A DNA stretch of 34,785 bases, taken from positions 3,995 to 38,779 of the forward strand of contig JBAZRT010000003.1 in the NCBI GenBank assembly GCA_041662765.1. Direction: 5' to 3'. The notes beneath the pieces are model-generated. The model ran no database searches. It saw only the letters and a list, made by a program, of their open reading frames with translations, and had not been told where the DNA came from. Origin of the DNA: Parcubacteria group bacterium. GTDB taxonomy: Bacteria > Patescibacteriota > Minisyncoccia > Moranbacterales > UBA11712. Shown piece after piece: positions 24,812 through 33,801 of the stretch (positions within the stretch are counted from its first letter, which is position 1; each line of letters begins with the position of its first letter). Position numbers and translations under genes: made by a program.

Positions 24812-25765
24812 TTGAATATCATCAAAAAAATCCAGGAAAATATTTTTCGCTACGAATTGTTCGAGCGGGAAACCAAAATTGTGATCGGTGTTTCCGGCGG
24901 TCCAGATTCAGTTTGTCTTTTGGACGCGCTATATAAGCTGAAAGAGAAATATAATTTGCATCTTGTCATCGCGCATGTGAATTATGGCCTGCGCGGAAAA
25001 GATTCAAACTTGGACGAAAAATTAGTAAAAAAATTATCTGAAAAATATTCTCTGCCGATTGAAGTTTTGAAGGTCAAAAAGTCAGAAATTACAAGATCTG
25101 GAAAGTCTGAAGATAAATTGAGAACGGTTCGATACGATTTTTTTGAAAAAGTCTCGAAAAAATACAAAGCCAACGCGATTGCTGTCGGCCACAACCTCAA
25201 CGATCAGGCTGAAACGGTCTTGATGCGAATTCTGCGAGGCACGGGCCTCAGAGGATTGGGCGCGATCAAATTTCGAAACAACAATATCATCCGACCGCTC
25301 TTAAATATTCCCCGAAAAGAAATTATTGCTTATTTGCGTAGCAACAAGACTCCATACCGCATCGACAAATCCAATCTCTCCGCGGTTTTCATGCGAAACA
25401 AAATCCGGAACAAGCTTCTGCCTGAGCTCGAAAAGGACTTCAACCCGAATATCCAGGAATTGCTCTGCAAATTTTCCGAGTCCGCCTCGGCGGACTATGA
25501 TTTTATCAGCCGATTTACAAAAGAATGGCTTTCGGCCAACAAGAAACTGCAAATTTCAGCACTCAGCAAGTTGCACCCTTCCATTTGCCGGGAAGTTCTC
25601 CGCCAATCTCTTGAAAAACATGCTCCCCATCTGCGGGAAATCGAATCCGCGCATATCGAAGAAATTGTTAAGATTATAAAAAGCGGCAAAGGCAAAAGGC
25701 AGAAGATCGCCTTCAAAGGCTTGAAAGTCGGGCGAATTGGTGATAAGTTGAGTATAGGAAAATAA
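24812..25765 (+). CDS. tilS: tRNA(Ile)-lysidine synthase (short form)
   Basis: PP-loop VSGGPDSVCLL and HNLNDQAETVLMRILRGTG. TTG start. Confidence 0.88.
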   Translation: MNIIKKIQENIFRYELFERETKIVIGVSGGPDSVCLLDALYKLKEKYNLHLVIAHVNYGLRGKDSNLDEKLVKKLSEKYSLPIEVLKVKKSEITRSGKSEDKLRTVRYDFFEKVSKKYKANAIAVGHNLNDQAETVLMRILRGTGLRGLGAIKFRNNNIIRPLLNIPRKEIIAYLRSNKTPYRIDKSNLSAVFMRNKIRNKLLPELEKDFNPNIQELLCKFSESASADYDFISRFTKEWLSANKKLQISALSKLHPSICREVLRQSLEKHAPHLREIESAHIEEIVKIIKSGKGKRQKIAFKGLKVGRIGDKLSIGK

Positions 25766-25797
25766 GCTGAAAAAATTTCTAATTCATAAATAACTCC

Positions 25798-27624
25798 ATG
25801 AAAAACTTTATAAAAAATCTGGCAATCATCCTCCTTGTATTCTTCGTCATATCCGGAATTGTGATGCTTTTCAATACCCCGGCGCAGCAGGTGCAAAACA
25901 TCACTCTCAATGAACTCGCCACTCGGATCAACGACGGGAAAGTGAAGGATGTTTTGGTGAACGGAGAAAGTCTCGATATCACGCTTACCGACGGCACCAA
26001 GGAAAAATCAAGAAAAGAAGCGGATGCAGCCCTCACGGAATCACTGAAAAACTACGGAGTTTCTCCTGAACAACTGCGCTCTGTCAATATCAGCGTCAAA
26101 GACACGACCTCAAACGCCTTTTGGATCAATATTGTTCTTCCGTTTCTTTTGCCGTTTATCATAATCGGCGCGTTTTTGTGGTATATGATGCGCTCGGCCC
26201 AGCGCGGAAACAATCAAGCGCTCTCTTTTGGAATGTCGCGGGCGCGCCTCATCTCTCCTCAGAAAAATGGAAAGAAAAAAATCACCTTCGCGGATGTCGC
26301 CGGAGCTCAGGAAGCTAAAGAAGAATTGAAAGAAATCGTTGATTTTTTGAAACACCCGAAAAAATTTCTGGATCTTGGCGCGCGCATTCCCAAAGGAGTC
26401 CTTCTTCTTGGCGCTCCCGGAACAGGAAAGACTTTGATCGCCAAGGCCGTCGCCGGAGAAGCTAATGTTCCATTCTTTAGCATCTCCGGTTCGGAATTCG
26501 TGGAAATGTTTGTCGGAGTCGGCGCCAGCCGCGTTCGCGATCTCTTCAAGACAGCCAAGAAAAGCGCGCCGGCTATCGTTTTCATCGATGAAATCGACGC
26601 AGTCGGCCGTCATCGCGGAGCGGGACTTGGCGGAGGACATGATGAAAGAGAACAAACGCTGAACCAGATCCTCGTGGAAATGGACGGTTTCGACACAGAC
26701 ACAAATGTGATCGTGATCGCGGCGACGAACAGGCCCGATGTTCTTGATCCGGCGCTTTTGCGTCCAGGAAGATTTGACCGAAGGGTCGTCATGGACTTGC
26801 CGGACATCAAGGAGCGCGAAGCTATCCTCAATATACATTCAAAAAACAAACCACTTGAAAAAAATATTGATTTCAAGGTCATTGCCTCGAGAACCCCGGG
26901 ATTTTCGGGAGCTGATCTGTCCAACCTGGTCAATGAAGCGGCGATTCTGGCAGCCGGGAAAGGCAGAAAAAATATCTCTATGGAGGAAATGACCGTCTCG
27001 ATTGAAAAAGTCATTTTGGGACCGGAAAGAAAAAGCAAGGTTCTCAACGTCAAAGAAAAAGAAATCACGGCCTATCATGAATCGGGACACGCACTCGTGG
27101 CTTCGAATCTCGAGAACGCCGATCCGGTGCAAAAAGTGTCCGTTCTTTCCCGCGGCCAAGCCGCCGGATATACCTTGAGCGCTCCTATGGAAGACAAGAG
27201 GCTCTATACCCGTGCTTACTTCATCGATGAACTGGCCGTGTTCTTGGGAGGCTATGTCAGTGAAAAGATTATTTTCAAAGACGTTACTACCGGCGCCTCG
27301 AATGATCTTGAGAGAGCGACCGACATGGCGCGAAAAATGGTGACAAGATATGGAATGAGCACTCTTGGTCCGCGCACTTTCGGCCACAAAGAAGAGCTTG
27401 TTTTCCTTGGAAAAGAAATGAGCGAAGAAAGAAATTATTCCGAAGCGACCGCCAAAGAAATCGACATGGAAGTTTCGCGCTTCATTTCGGACGCGTACAA
27501 AACCGCGGAAAAGATCATCAACGAGAAAAAAGAAACACTTGAGCGAATCGCCCAGACTCTTCTTGAAAAAGAAACAATTGAACAAGAAGAGTTTGATAAG
27601 TTGCTAGAAAATAAAGAAAGCTAA
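25798..27624 (+). CDS. ftsH: ATP-dependent zinc metalloprotease FtsH
   Basis: Walker A GAPGTGKT, Walker [31 protein letters not shown], and the zinc motif HESGHA. Confidence 0.97.
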   Translation: MKNFIKNLAIILLVFFVISGIVMLFNTPAQQVQNITLNELATRINDGKVKDVLVNGESLDITLTDGTKEKSRKEADAALTESLKNYGVSPEQLRSVNISVKDTTSNAFWINIVLPFLLPFIIIGAFLWYMMRSAQRGNNQALSFGMSRARLISPQKNGKKKITFADVAGAQEAKEELKEIVDFLKHPKKFLDLGARIPKGVLLLGAPGTGKTLIAKAVAGEANVPFFSISGSEFVEMFVGVGASRVRDLFKTAKKSAPAIVFIDEIDAVGRHRGAGLGGGHDEREQTLNQILVEMDGFDTDTNVIVIAATNRPDVLDPALLRPGRFDRRVVMDLPDIKEREAILNIHSKNKPLEKNIDFKVIASRTPGFSGADLSNLVNEAAILAAGKGRKNISMEEMTVSIEKVILGPERKSKVLNVKEKEITAYHESGHALVASNLENADPVQKVSVLSRGQAAGYTLSAPMEDKRLYTRAYFIDELAVFLGGYVSEKIIFKDVTTGASNDLERATDMARKMVTRYGMSTLGPRTFGHKEELVFLGKEMSEERNYSEATAKEIDMEVSRFISDAYKTAEKIINEKKETLERIAQTLLEKETIEQEEFDKLLENKES

Positions 27625-27656
27625 GAATCTGAATTTTTGCAGAAAATTTTGTTTGA

Positions 27657-27730
27657 GAATATGATTTTTGTCGAAAAAATGCGTGATAGATTCGCTTATG
27701 GAGCGTCTTTTCGCAACAAAAATCATATTC
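27657..27730. repeat. 74-nt imperfect inverted repeat (15 + 6 bp stem) downstream of ftsH
   Basis: gaatatgatttttgt (27657-27671) pairs with acaaaaatcatattc (27716-27730). cgaaaa/ttttcg extends the stem across a 2-nt bulge. Confidence 0.6.
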
Positions 27731-27773
27731 GAGTTAATTTTCAAAAAAATTAGATTCTTAGCGATATAAAATA

Positions 27774-28745
27774 ATGAACGAAAATACCAAGCCCACAAAA
27801 AAACAAATTCCCTATATTGAAATTCTGAAGCAGGCCGGGCGCATCGTCTGGCAGAACCGCTTTTTGCTTTGGTTCGGACTTCTGATGGCGCTTGGGTCTC
27901 CCGGAAGTTTCAACGTGGGGGGCAACAATAAAGACTTTGGAAAACAAGGCGAAGCAGCTAAGAGCTTTTTCGAAAATCATTGGCAGATCGTTTTCGCAAT
28001 AGCCGCGGTTCTTTTCATAGTCGGAATAATTTTGTTTCTCATATCACTCATCTCAAAAGCCGGACTTGTGAAATCAGTCGATCTCGTATCCCAAAACAAA
28101 AGTACGAATTTCAAAGTTGGCTGGCGATCGGGAAAAAAATATCTCGGAAAACTTTTCAAGCTTTTCATATTATTTTTTCTGGCAACCTTCGTAGTCATGA
28201 TAATTTTGGCTGTTCCCATCGTCTATCTGATCGTTGCAAAATCGTGGGTAAGCGCCGTTTTGGTCGGACTTCTCGCGATTGCGATCTTTGTCCCTCTCAT
28301 GTTCATCTTTTGTCTCACCAAAATCTTCGCTGAATTTTATATCGTCCTTTCTGACCTTCATGTGCGAAGCGCCATTGAAGCAGGCTACAGTCTGCTCCTC
28401 AAAAATATCGGCAACTCGATCATTTTCGGCCTTTTGCTTTTTGTTGTGAGCCTCGCCGCCGGAATTGTTCTTCTTCCGATCGCCGGAATTGCTCTCGTCG
28501 TTCTCTTCCCCGCAGGAGCTATTTTCTATTATCTCAGCAAGATCGCTTTTGCAATCTTCCTCTGCCTTGCTATTTTGCTTTTCCTCGCTGCCATTTTGTT
28601 TGTTTCTGCTATTTTCCAAACATACAAAACCGCTGCCTGGACCTTGTTCTTCCGAGAAATCGCCAAAGTTGAAAAACCGGAAACCGAAAAAGTTGTTGAA
28701 GCAGCGCTCGCAAAACCAATCGTCACCGCGCCGGAAGAAATGTAA
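27774..28745 (+). CDS. Hypothetical polytopic membrane protein (about 6-7 TM)
   Basis: Long hydrophobic helices throughout. I cannot firmly assign a family. Confidence 0.7.
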   Translation: MNENTKPTKKQIPYIEILKQAGRIVWQNRFLLWFGLLMALGSPGSFNVGGNNKDFGKQGEAAKSFFENHWQIVFAIAAVLFIVGIILFLISLISKAGLVKSVDLVSQNKSTNFKVGWRSGKKYLGKLFKLFILFFLATFVVMIILAVPIVYLIVAKSWVSAVLVGLLAIAIFVPLMFIFCLTKIFAEFYIVLSDLHVRSAIEAGYSLLLKNIGNSIIFGLLLFVVSLAAGIVLLPIAGIALVVLFPAGAIFYYLSKIAFAIFLCLAILLFLAAILFVSAIFQTYKTAAWTLFFREIAKVEKPETEKVVEAALAKPIVTAPEEM

Positions 28746-28782
28746 AAATATTTTATTGAAACTAAAAGACTTTTAGCTCTGG

Positions 28783-28944
28783 CTAGAATAAACTAGAACT
28801 TGCATGGTATTCAATATCGGATTGCCGTAAAAAACTTGGTGACTTTACTTTATACTCAACCTGTGCAATAATTTCCTGAACTCTGACAGATTTTAAAGTA
28901 TGTTCTTTATATATCCGAACCAACCAAGAGTATAGATCTTTCAT
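28783..28944 (-). CDS. Doubtful small ORF (53 aa from MKDLYSW)
   Basis: There is only an open frame: no SD and no recognised family. The longer tracked version overlaps the strong SD and start of the 28970 gene. Confidence 0.2.
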   Translation of the reverse strand: MKDLYSWLVRIYKEHTLKSVRVQEIIAQVEYKVKSPSFLRQSDIEYHASSSLF

Positions 28945-28969
28945 GATCCAATGGAAAGGAGGATAAATC

Positions 28970-29704
28970 ATGGCCGCAAAAAACGTCGTTTGCACTACTA
29001 CGTTTCGTCAGGGCAACCCTGAAAATCCTATCGAAAGAGTACGAACCGAAGTATTTATCGACACAGTTAAAAAAATGGCCGGTTTCGGTTTGCCTCTTGT
29101 GGTTGTATACATCGAGACGCAAAATCAAATTCTGGATGAAGTGAAAGAACTCGGCGCAATCCTAGTTTCGCAACAATCAAGCGGAATGGGAAATATCCGA
29201 AAAGAAGCCTTACGTGCGGCACTTGATAAGTTTCCGAATGCCAAACATCTTTGCTGGCTGGAACCGGAAAAGCCCGACATGGTCCAATTCATAGAACCTA
29301 TGCATTCCAGAATGATTCAAGAGCAATCCTCACTGGGGATGTTCAATAGGGTGGATATGTCCAGCTATCCGCCAGAGCAAGCCCACTACTACTTATTTTG
29401 CCGCGCAGTAGCCTCCCAACTCATTGGTTTTGATTTGGATTATGCGTTTACTCGCCCAGCGACTGCGTATTTTTTGGAGTATCAGGGGGAATATGGCAAC
29501 AAATGGGACTCCATTCTCATACCTCGTCTTCGTGTCATTAAGGCCGGAGCTGGCATATCAACATTGCTGATATGTTTCCGAAACGACCCAAGAATGACGC
29601 AGGCTGAATTGGGAAATGAAAAGATCATCCTGAAAAGGATTGAGCAGCTGAACAATGTTATTCCCTCGTTAATCGCCGAGTGGCAAAAGTTAAAGACGGC
29701 ATAA
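28970..29704 (+). CDS. Hypothetical protein, possibly a GT-A-like nucleotide-sugar transferase fold (very tentative)
   Basis: Strong SD aaggagg 7 nt upstream. Alternating beta/alpha pattern with an acidic CWLEPEKPD segment where GT-A enzymes carry DxD. I recognise no firm family. Confidence 0.7.
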   Translation: MAAKNVVCTTTFRQGNPENPIERVRTEVFIDTVKKMAGFGLPLVVVYIETQNQILDEVKELGAILVSQQSSGMGNIRKEALRAALDKFPNAKHLCWLEPEKPDMVQFIEPMHSRMIQEQSSLGMFNRVDMSSYPPEQAHYYLFCRAVASQLIGFDLDYAFTRPATAYFLEYQGEYGNKWDSILIPRLRVIKAGAGISTLLICFRNDPRMTQAELGNEKIILKRIEQLNNVIPSLIAEWQKLKTA

Positions 29705-29725
29705 AAGCTGTCGAAAAAATCTCCT

Positions 29726-29764
29726 GGCCATCGTTGAAACGTTTCCGACGATGGCCTTTCATTT
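29726..29764 (+). terminator. Rho-independent terminator
   Basis: ggccatcgt / acgatggcc stem followed by tttcattt. Confidence 0.6.
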
Positions 29765-29787
29765 GCAAATCATTTATAATTTAAAAT

Positions 29788-30387
29788 ATGCGTATACCAA
29801 AAAACATTTCTCTCAATAAAGAAGGACAGTACTGTATTGAATGTTTCTCGGAAAAGGTTGAAAGAGTATACAAAAATAACTTAACCTATTATCATTGCGC
29901 CACATGCGGCAAAACTTCGGAACGTAGCCTTGTGATTGACAATAAAATAGTGTGGTGGATAGATGAAGCTACAAGAGAGTATTGGCATGAAAGCGTCGGG
30001 ATTTTTGTGTTTAACTCGGAAAATAAAGTTCTTTTTTTTGAACGCACCATTTATCCATTTGCTTTTGCTATTCCCGCAGGACATCTTGATATTGGAGAGG
30101 ATGCGAAAATGGCAACAAGGCGAGAATTACAAGAAGAAGCGGGCATTGAGACCAACAAGATTACACTTTTTTCCGAAGAAGATGTCCTTGGAGACAAATG
30201 TCGCCGAGGAGCAGACAATCACCGATGGCACCTCTATACAACTTCAATAAAAAACAACGCTGAGATAAAAATTAATGATGAGGGCATAAAGCCTATTTGG
30301 CTTTCTCTCAAAGAAGCTTTGCAAAAAAAACTTGTTTATCCAGTCAGATACTTCATCGAAAAATATGGCGATAAACTTTTAGCATAA
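29788..30387 (+). CDS. Nudix hydrolase with an N-terminal C4 zinc ribbon
   Basis: CIEC-x17-CATC ribbon. Perfect Nudix box GHLDIGEDAKMATRRELQEEAGI (Gx5Ex7REUxEExGU). Confidence 0.88.
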   Translation: MRIPKNISLNKEGQYCIECFSEKVERVYKNNLTYYHCATCGKTSERSLVIDNKIVWWIDEATREYWHESVGIFVFNSENKVLFFERTIYPFAFAIPAGHLDIGEDAKMATRRELQEEAGIETNKITLFSEEDVLGDKCRRGADNHRWHLYTTSIKNNAEIKINDEGIKPIWLSLKEALQKKLVYPVRYFIEKYGDKLLA

Positions 30388-30389
30388 CC

Positions 30390-30411
30390 AGTTCGAATCC
30401 CGCCCGGGATA
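30390..30411 (+). other. Orphan tRNA 3'-end-like fragment (T-loop, T-stem 3' strand, acceptor 3' strand)
   Basis: GTTCGAATCCCGCCCGGGATAA has the T-loop consensus GTTCGAATC. The upstream sequence does not fold into the rest of a tRNA. Confidence 0.35.
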
Positions 30412-30412
30412 A

Positions 30413-30441
30413 CAAAAATCAGGCTTTTCATATAAGCCTGA
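30413..30441 (-). terminator. Terminator of the minus-strand tRNA pair
   Basis: tcaggctt / aagcctga stem; a U-tract follows on the minus strand. Confidence 0.6.
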
Positions 30442-30447
30442 AACTCG

Positions 30448-30520
30448 TGGGCAATACAGGAATCGAACCTGTGACCTCTTCCATGTCAAGGAAGCGCTCT
30501 AACCACTGAGCCAATTGCCC
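30448..30520 (-). tRNA. tRNA-Val(GAC)
   Basis: Reverse complement GGGCAATTGGCTCAGTGGTTAGAGCGCTTCCTTGACATGGAAGAGGTCACAGGTTCGATTCCTGTATTGCCCA. Confidence 0.9.
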
Positions 30521-30538
30521 TTTTGTTAATGATTTTTT

Positions 30539-30832
30539 TGGGACCAGTTGGGATCGAACCAACGACCCTTCGGTTATGCTTCTCACTATTGCTTTCGCAA
30601 CTTCTTTTGAATTTGTGAGCTGGACTATCCCTTCATCCATTTAACCTACAAATGGATGTCTGCCGTCTAGTCTCTACACCTTCCTCGCAATGGGCGAGGC
30701 TTGGCTCGGGATTATCATAGCTTGCAAAAAGCCTAAGATTTCCCCGAATTTGACAGAGTTCACTTGAAAATTACTTTCCAAGCAGCCCATTTTTTTCTCG
30801 AGCCGAGTGCTCTACCACTGAGCTATGGTCCC
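30539..30832 (-). tRNA. tRNA with CAU anticodon (elongator Met or lysidine-dependent Ile2) interrupted by a 222-nt group I intron; exons 30801-30832 and 30539-30578
   Basis: The joined exons give GGGACCATAGCTCAGTGGTAGAGCACTCGGCTCATAACCGAAGGGTCGTTGGTTCGATCCCAACTGGTCCCA. G1-C72 is paired, so it is not an initiator tRNA. Confidence 0.85.
30579..30800 (-). ncRNA. Group I (IC3-like) intron in the anticodon loop of tRNA(CAU); no ORF
   Basis: P1: exon CGGCU pairs with intron GGCUG (30787-30783), with U.G at the splice site. The core strings GUCAAAUUCGGGGAAAUCUUAGGC, CCCGAGCCAAGCC, GAAGGUGUAGAGACUAGACGGCA and GAUAGUCC are almost identical to the Azoarcus tRNA-Ile intron core as I recall it. The intron ends in G. 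Confidence 0.85.
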
Positions 30833-30972
30833 ATGATTCATTAACATTATAATCCTAAAGAAATATCTCCATATCGTCAATGACAGCTTTGGGTTTTGAA
30901 AAACGTATAGAAGAAATGGACATAAATGCTGTTAAATGATAAATTAACAATATAATGCATCTAATCATCCCT

Positions 30973-31266
30973 ATGGCCGAAGAAAAAAAAGACGATAAAA
31001 AACTCACCAAGTCCGAGGAGCAAAAACTCCACGTATATTTTGTCGAAAAGGTCGTCACTTTGATGACCGGCGCAATGGGACTCGTTGCAGCGTTGGCTTG
31101 GAATGACGCGATGCGCAAATTGTTTGAACGCGTTTTCGGAACGCAAGGTTCGGGCGATGTCACGGCTATGTTCATTTATGCCGCCATCGTCACTGCCACG
31201 GTCGTCATCGTCACCTATCGCCTCACCCGATTTTCGGAAAGAATAAAAAAGAAGAACGAGAAATAA
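30973..31266 (+). CDS. Small two-TM membrane protein, function unknown
   Basis: MAEEKKDD.. is followed by two hydrophobic helices and a basic tail. The tracked ATG at 30955 overlaps a TATAAT at 30951-30956, so ATG 30973 is preferred. Confidence 0.6.
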   Translation: MAEEKKDDKKLTKSEEQKLHVYFVEKVVTLMTGAMGLVAALAWNDAMRKLFERVFGTQGSGDVTAMFIYAAIVTATVVIVTYRLTRFSERIKKKNEK

Positions 31267-31308
31267 AAATTGTCTTTGCAGAAAAAAGACCGTCGTTGAT
31301 GATCTTTT

Positions 31309-32244
31309 TTATTTCCTTCTTTTTCCGTGAAACGCTTTGTGAACTTCCTTGAGTTGTTTGTTCGTCACATGAGTGTATATTTGCGTTGTGGTGACTGAGG
31401 AGTGCCCGAGCATCTCTTGAACCGAGCGGATGTCAGCCCCGTTTTGGATGAGATCGGTCGCAAAAGAATGGCGCAGAGTGTGCGGATGGACATCTTTCAC
31501 GATTCCCGCCTTCAGGGCATAATATTTCACAATGCGCTGAATTGAGCGGGGAGTGAGACGCAAATTATCAGAACTATTTTTCTTTTCCAGACGCTTGATT
31601 CCAATTCTTGCAAATACCGCCGGATCGATATCGGGCCTTTTTTCGAAATATCTCTCAAGCGCGCCTTTCGCCCGATCGGAAATAAAAACCACCCGGATCT
31701 TTCCGCCTTTCCCCCGCACGCTGAATTCCTGCGTTTTGAGATTCACTTGATCCCGGCTGAGATTCGTGAGTTCTGAAACGCGAAGACCGGAGCTATAGAG
31801 CAATTCAAGAATCGCACGATCGCGCAAAGATTTGAGATCCGTGCTCTCTGCAGCTTCAAAAATTCGATCAACCTCATCGCTTTCCAGAAATTCCACTTCC
31901 ATCCGCAAAGTTTTTCCCAGTTCGATTTTGTCAGCCGAAAGCGTTTTCACATCGTGCCTGGCCAGATATTTCAAAAAATTTCGAATGGCGATTACGTGGT
32001 AGTTTTGCGTGATCTTTTTGAGCGGACGCCCTTTCTCATTCGCTTGGCGATTCAAATGCAGCCGAAAACTTCTCACCAAATCATCCGTAATATCACTAGG
32101 TGAACCAATGCGCGCCCAAGCCAAAAAACGTTCGAGATAATGATCATAGTTCTCGATAGTCTTTTGAGAACGGTCCTTCTCGATCTCGAGATATTCCAAA
32201 TATTGAGTTTTGAGCTTCTTTATATCCATTGAAATTTCTGGCAT
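31309..32244 (-). CDS. Tyrosine recombinase, XerC/XerD-like
   Basis: The R...HxxR...Y catalytic pattern is present: RDRAILELLYSSGLRVSEL, HPHTLRHSFATDL and LGHSSVTTTQIYTHV. Confidence 0.9.
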   Translation of the reverse strand: MPEISMDIKKLKTQYLEYLEIEKDRSQKTIENYDHYLERFLAWARIGSPSDITDDLVRSFRLHLNRQANEKGRPLKKITQNYHVIAIRNFLKYLARHDVKTLSADKIELGKTLRMEVEFLESDEVDRIFEAAESTDLKSLRDRAILELLYSSGLRVSELTNLSRDQVNLKTQEFSVRGKGGKIRVVFISDRAKGALERYFEKRPDIDPAVFARIGIKRLEKKNSSDNLRLTPRSIQRIVKYYALKAGIVKDVHPHTLRHSFATDLIQNGADIRSVQEMLGHSSVTTTQIYTHVTNKQLKEVHKAFHGKRRK

Positions 32245-32615
32245 TGCCTGCCGGCGGGCGGATAAGCCTGCCTATTAGATTGTACCAAAAATCGCAAGAA
32301 TTGCCCAATGGGATATTTTACCTTATATAAGCCTTGTCTTATCATTTTTCGTGATTTTTTCACCCCAGGGCGCTTGACACCACCCAGCGATGTGCTAACC
32401 TAGTAGCCGTGTAATAAATTAGGGATCAGAAGGAAATCGCTTCAGTCATTCAGTTTTTCCGCGCCGGCTCGAGCCTCTGATCCAAGAGAGAGGACAAACC
32501 TATTAGTAACCATTTCAACGATTTTCCTCAAGGAAAGCGGGGGAAACTGCGAACTTTGCTAAAAGGCGAGAACTTTCATTCGATCGCTCAAAAAATTCAT
32601 TCCTACCAGATCCGG

Positions 32616-33752
32616 ATGGCGCTGTGCTTAAGACGAAAGTCCTATGCATGTTTCATCGCCGGATGGATCCGGAAATATGCGGCTACCTTTGTGGTAGCTC
32701 TTTGTGTTTTGCTGGTTGCGCTCATCAACATTTCCTCTGGAAAGAACGGGAACGGATCTATTCTTGATACTTTGGCCGGAAAGGACAGCAACCCAAATCC
32801 CATGAAAACAAGAACGAGCCTGGCAACGGAAACCTCCCGGAAAAACAACCTTGCCGTCGCTCCTCTCTCGGATACCAGCTATTCGATTGATTCTGCCAAT
32901 CCTTCAAATGAGGCAGATTATTATTCCGCCGATGATTATGCTTCCATGTATCAGCCCGAACCGACTCTCGATAATCAAATAGTCTTCGCTTCGATTGGAC
33001 CGCAAACACCCGTCGCAAAAGAAAAACGAGGAGCGAAAGTATATGAAGTGAAGAACGGGGATACCGCCGGATCCATCGCCGCCGCTTTTGGAGTTTCAAC
33101 AAGCACTGTTTTGTCGGCCAACAATCTTTCTGATACCTCTCTCCTGAAGTTGGGCGACAAGCTGACGATCCTTCCGATAACGGGCGCGAGCTACAAAATT
33201 CAAAAGGGTGACTCTCTTGAAGCAATCGCGAAAAAATACAATGTTGATTCTAAAAAAATAATTGCTTTCAATGAGTTGTCTGCTGACGGAAAATTGAAGG
33301 AGGGACAAACCCTTGTTCTTCCTGACGGATATCTTTCTCCGGCTGCTCCCGCGGCCGGAGCAGCCGGAACTCAACTGGCTCTTGCTGGTGGCCAGGCTCA
33401 AACCACTGCATCCTCTTATGCTCCTATCAGACTTGGAGGAGGCGGAGGAGGCCATCGCTTCCCGTATGGATATTGCACTTGGTATGTCGCTCAAAAACGT
33501 TATGTTCCCTGGGGCGGAAACGCTTCCTCTTGGCTCGTAAACGCCCGCGCGTCCGGCAAGCCGACCGGAAGAACACCGCGGCCGGGAGCGATTATGGTTT
33601 CAGGTGAATCCCGCTGGGGACATGTGGCACTTGTGGAATCGGTGAGCGGATCGAGTTTCACGGTATCCGAAATGAATTATGTCGGCTTTGGCAGAAAATC
33701 CACCCGTACGATATCCACGAACAGCGGAGTGGTGAGAGGGTTTATATATTAG
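32616..33752 (+). CDS. Peptidoglycan hydrolase: signal anchor, two LysM domains and a C-terminal CHAP domain
   Basis: LysM domains YEVKNGDTAGSIAAAFGVSTSTVLSANNL and YKIQKGDSLEAIAKKYNVDSKKIIAFNEL. CHAP motifs YGYCTWYVAQKR (Cys) and WGHVALVESV (His). The start is uncertain: TTG 32556 was tracked, ATG 32616 is preferred. Confidence 0.88.
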   Translation: MALCLRRKSYACFIAGWIRKYAATFVVALCVLLVALINISSGKNGNGSILDTLAGKDSNPNPMKTRTSLATETSRKNNLAVAPLSDTSYSIDSANPSNEADYYSADDYASMYQPEPTLDNQIVFASIGPQTPVAKEKRGAKVYEVKNGDTAGSIAAAFGVSTSTVLSANNLSDTSLLKLGDKLTILPITGASYKIQKGDSLEAIAKKYNVDSKKIIAFNELSADGKLKEGQTLVLPDGYLSPAAPAAGAAGTQLALAGGQAQTTASSYAPIRLGGGGGGHRFPYGYCTWYVAQKRYVPWGGNASSWLVNARASGKPTGRTPRPGAIMVSGESRWGHVALVESVSGSSFTVSEMNYVGFGRKSTRTISTNSGVVRGFIY

Positions 33753-33801
33753 AAATATTTTTTCAAATGAAAAAGGGCTCTCCCAATCGAAAGCTCTTTT
33801 T

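Noticed and set aside
30428-30640. 70-aa minus-strand ORF
   Set aside because: It is simply the translation of tRNA-Val(GAC) plus the 3' exon and intron of tRNA(CAU).
32322-32331. 10-bp palindrome cttatataag near the recombinase gene, considered as a dif-like site
   Set aside because: It is too short, is AT-only, and has no resemblance to the 28-bp dif consensus arms.
32380-32550. Outright call of a ydaO (cyclic-di-AMP) riboswitch upstream of the LysM-CHAP gene
   Set aside because: Only short look-alike strings are present, and they occur in the wrong order relative to the consensus as I remember it. This cannot be confirmed without a covariance-model search.
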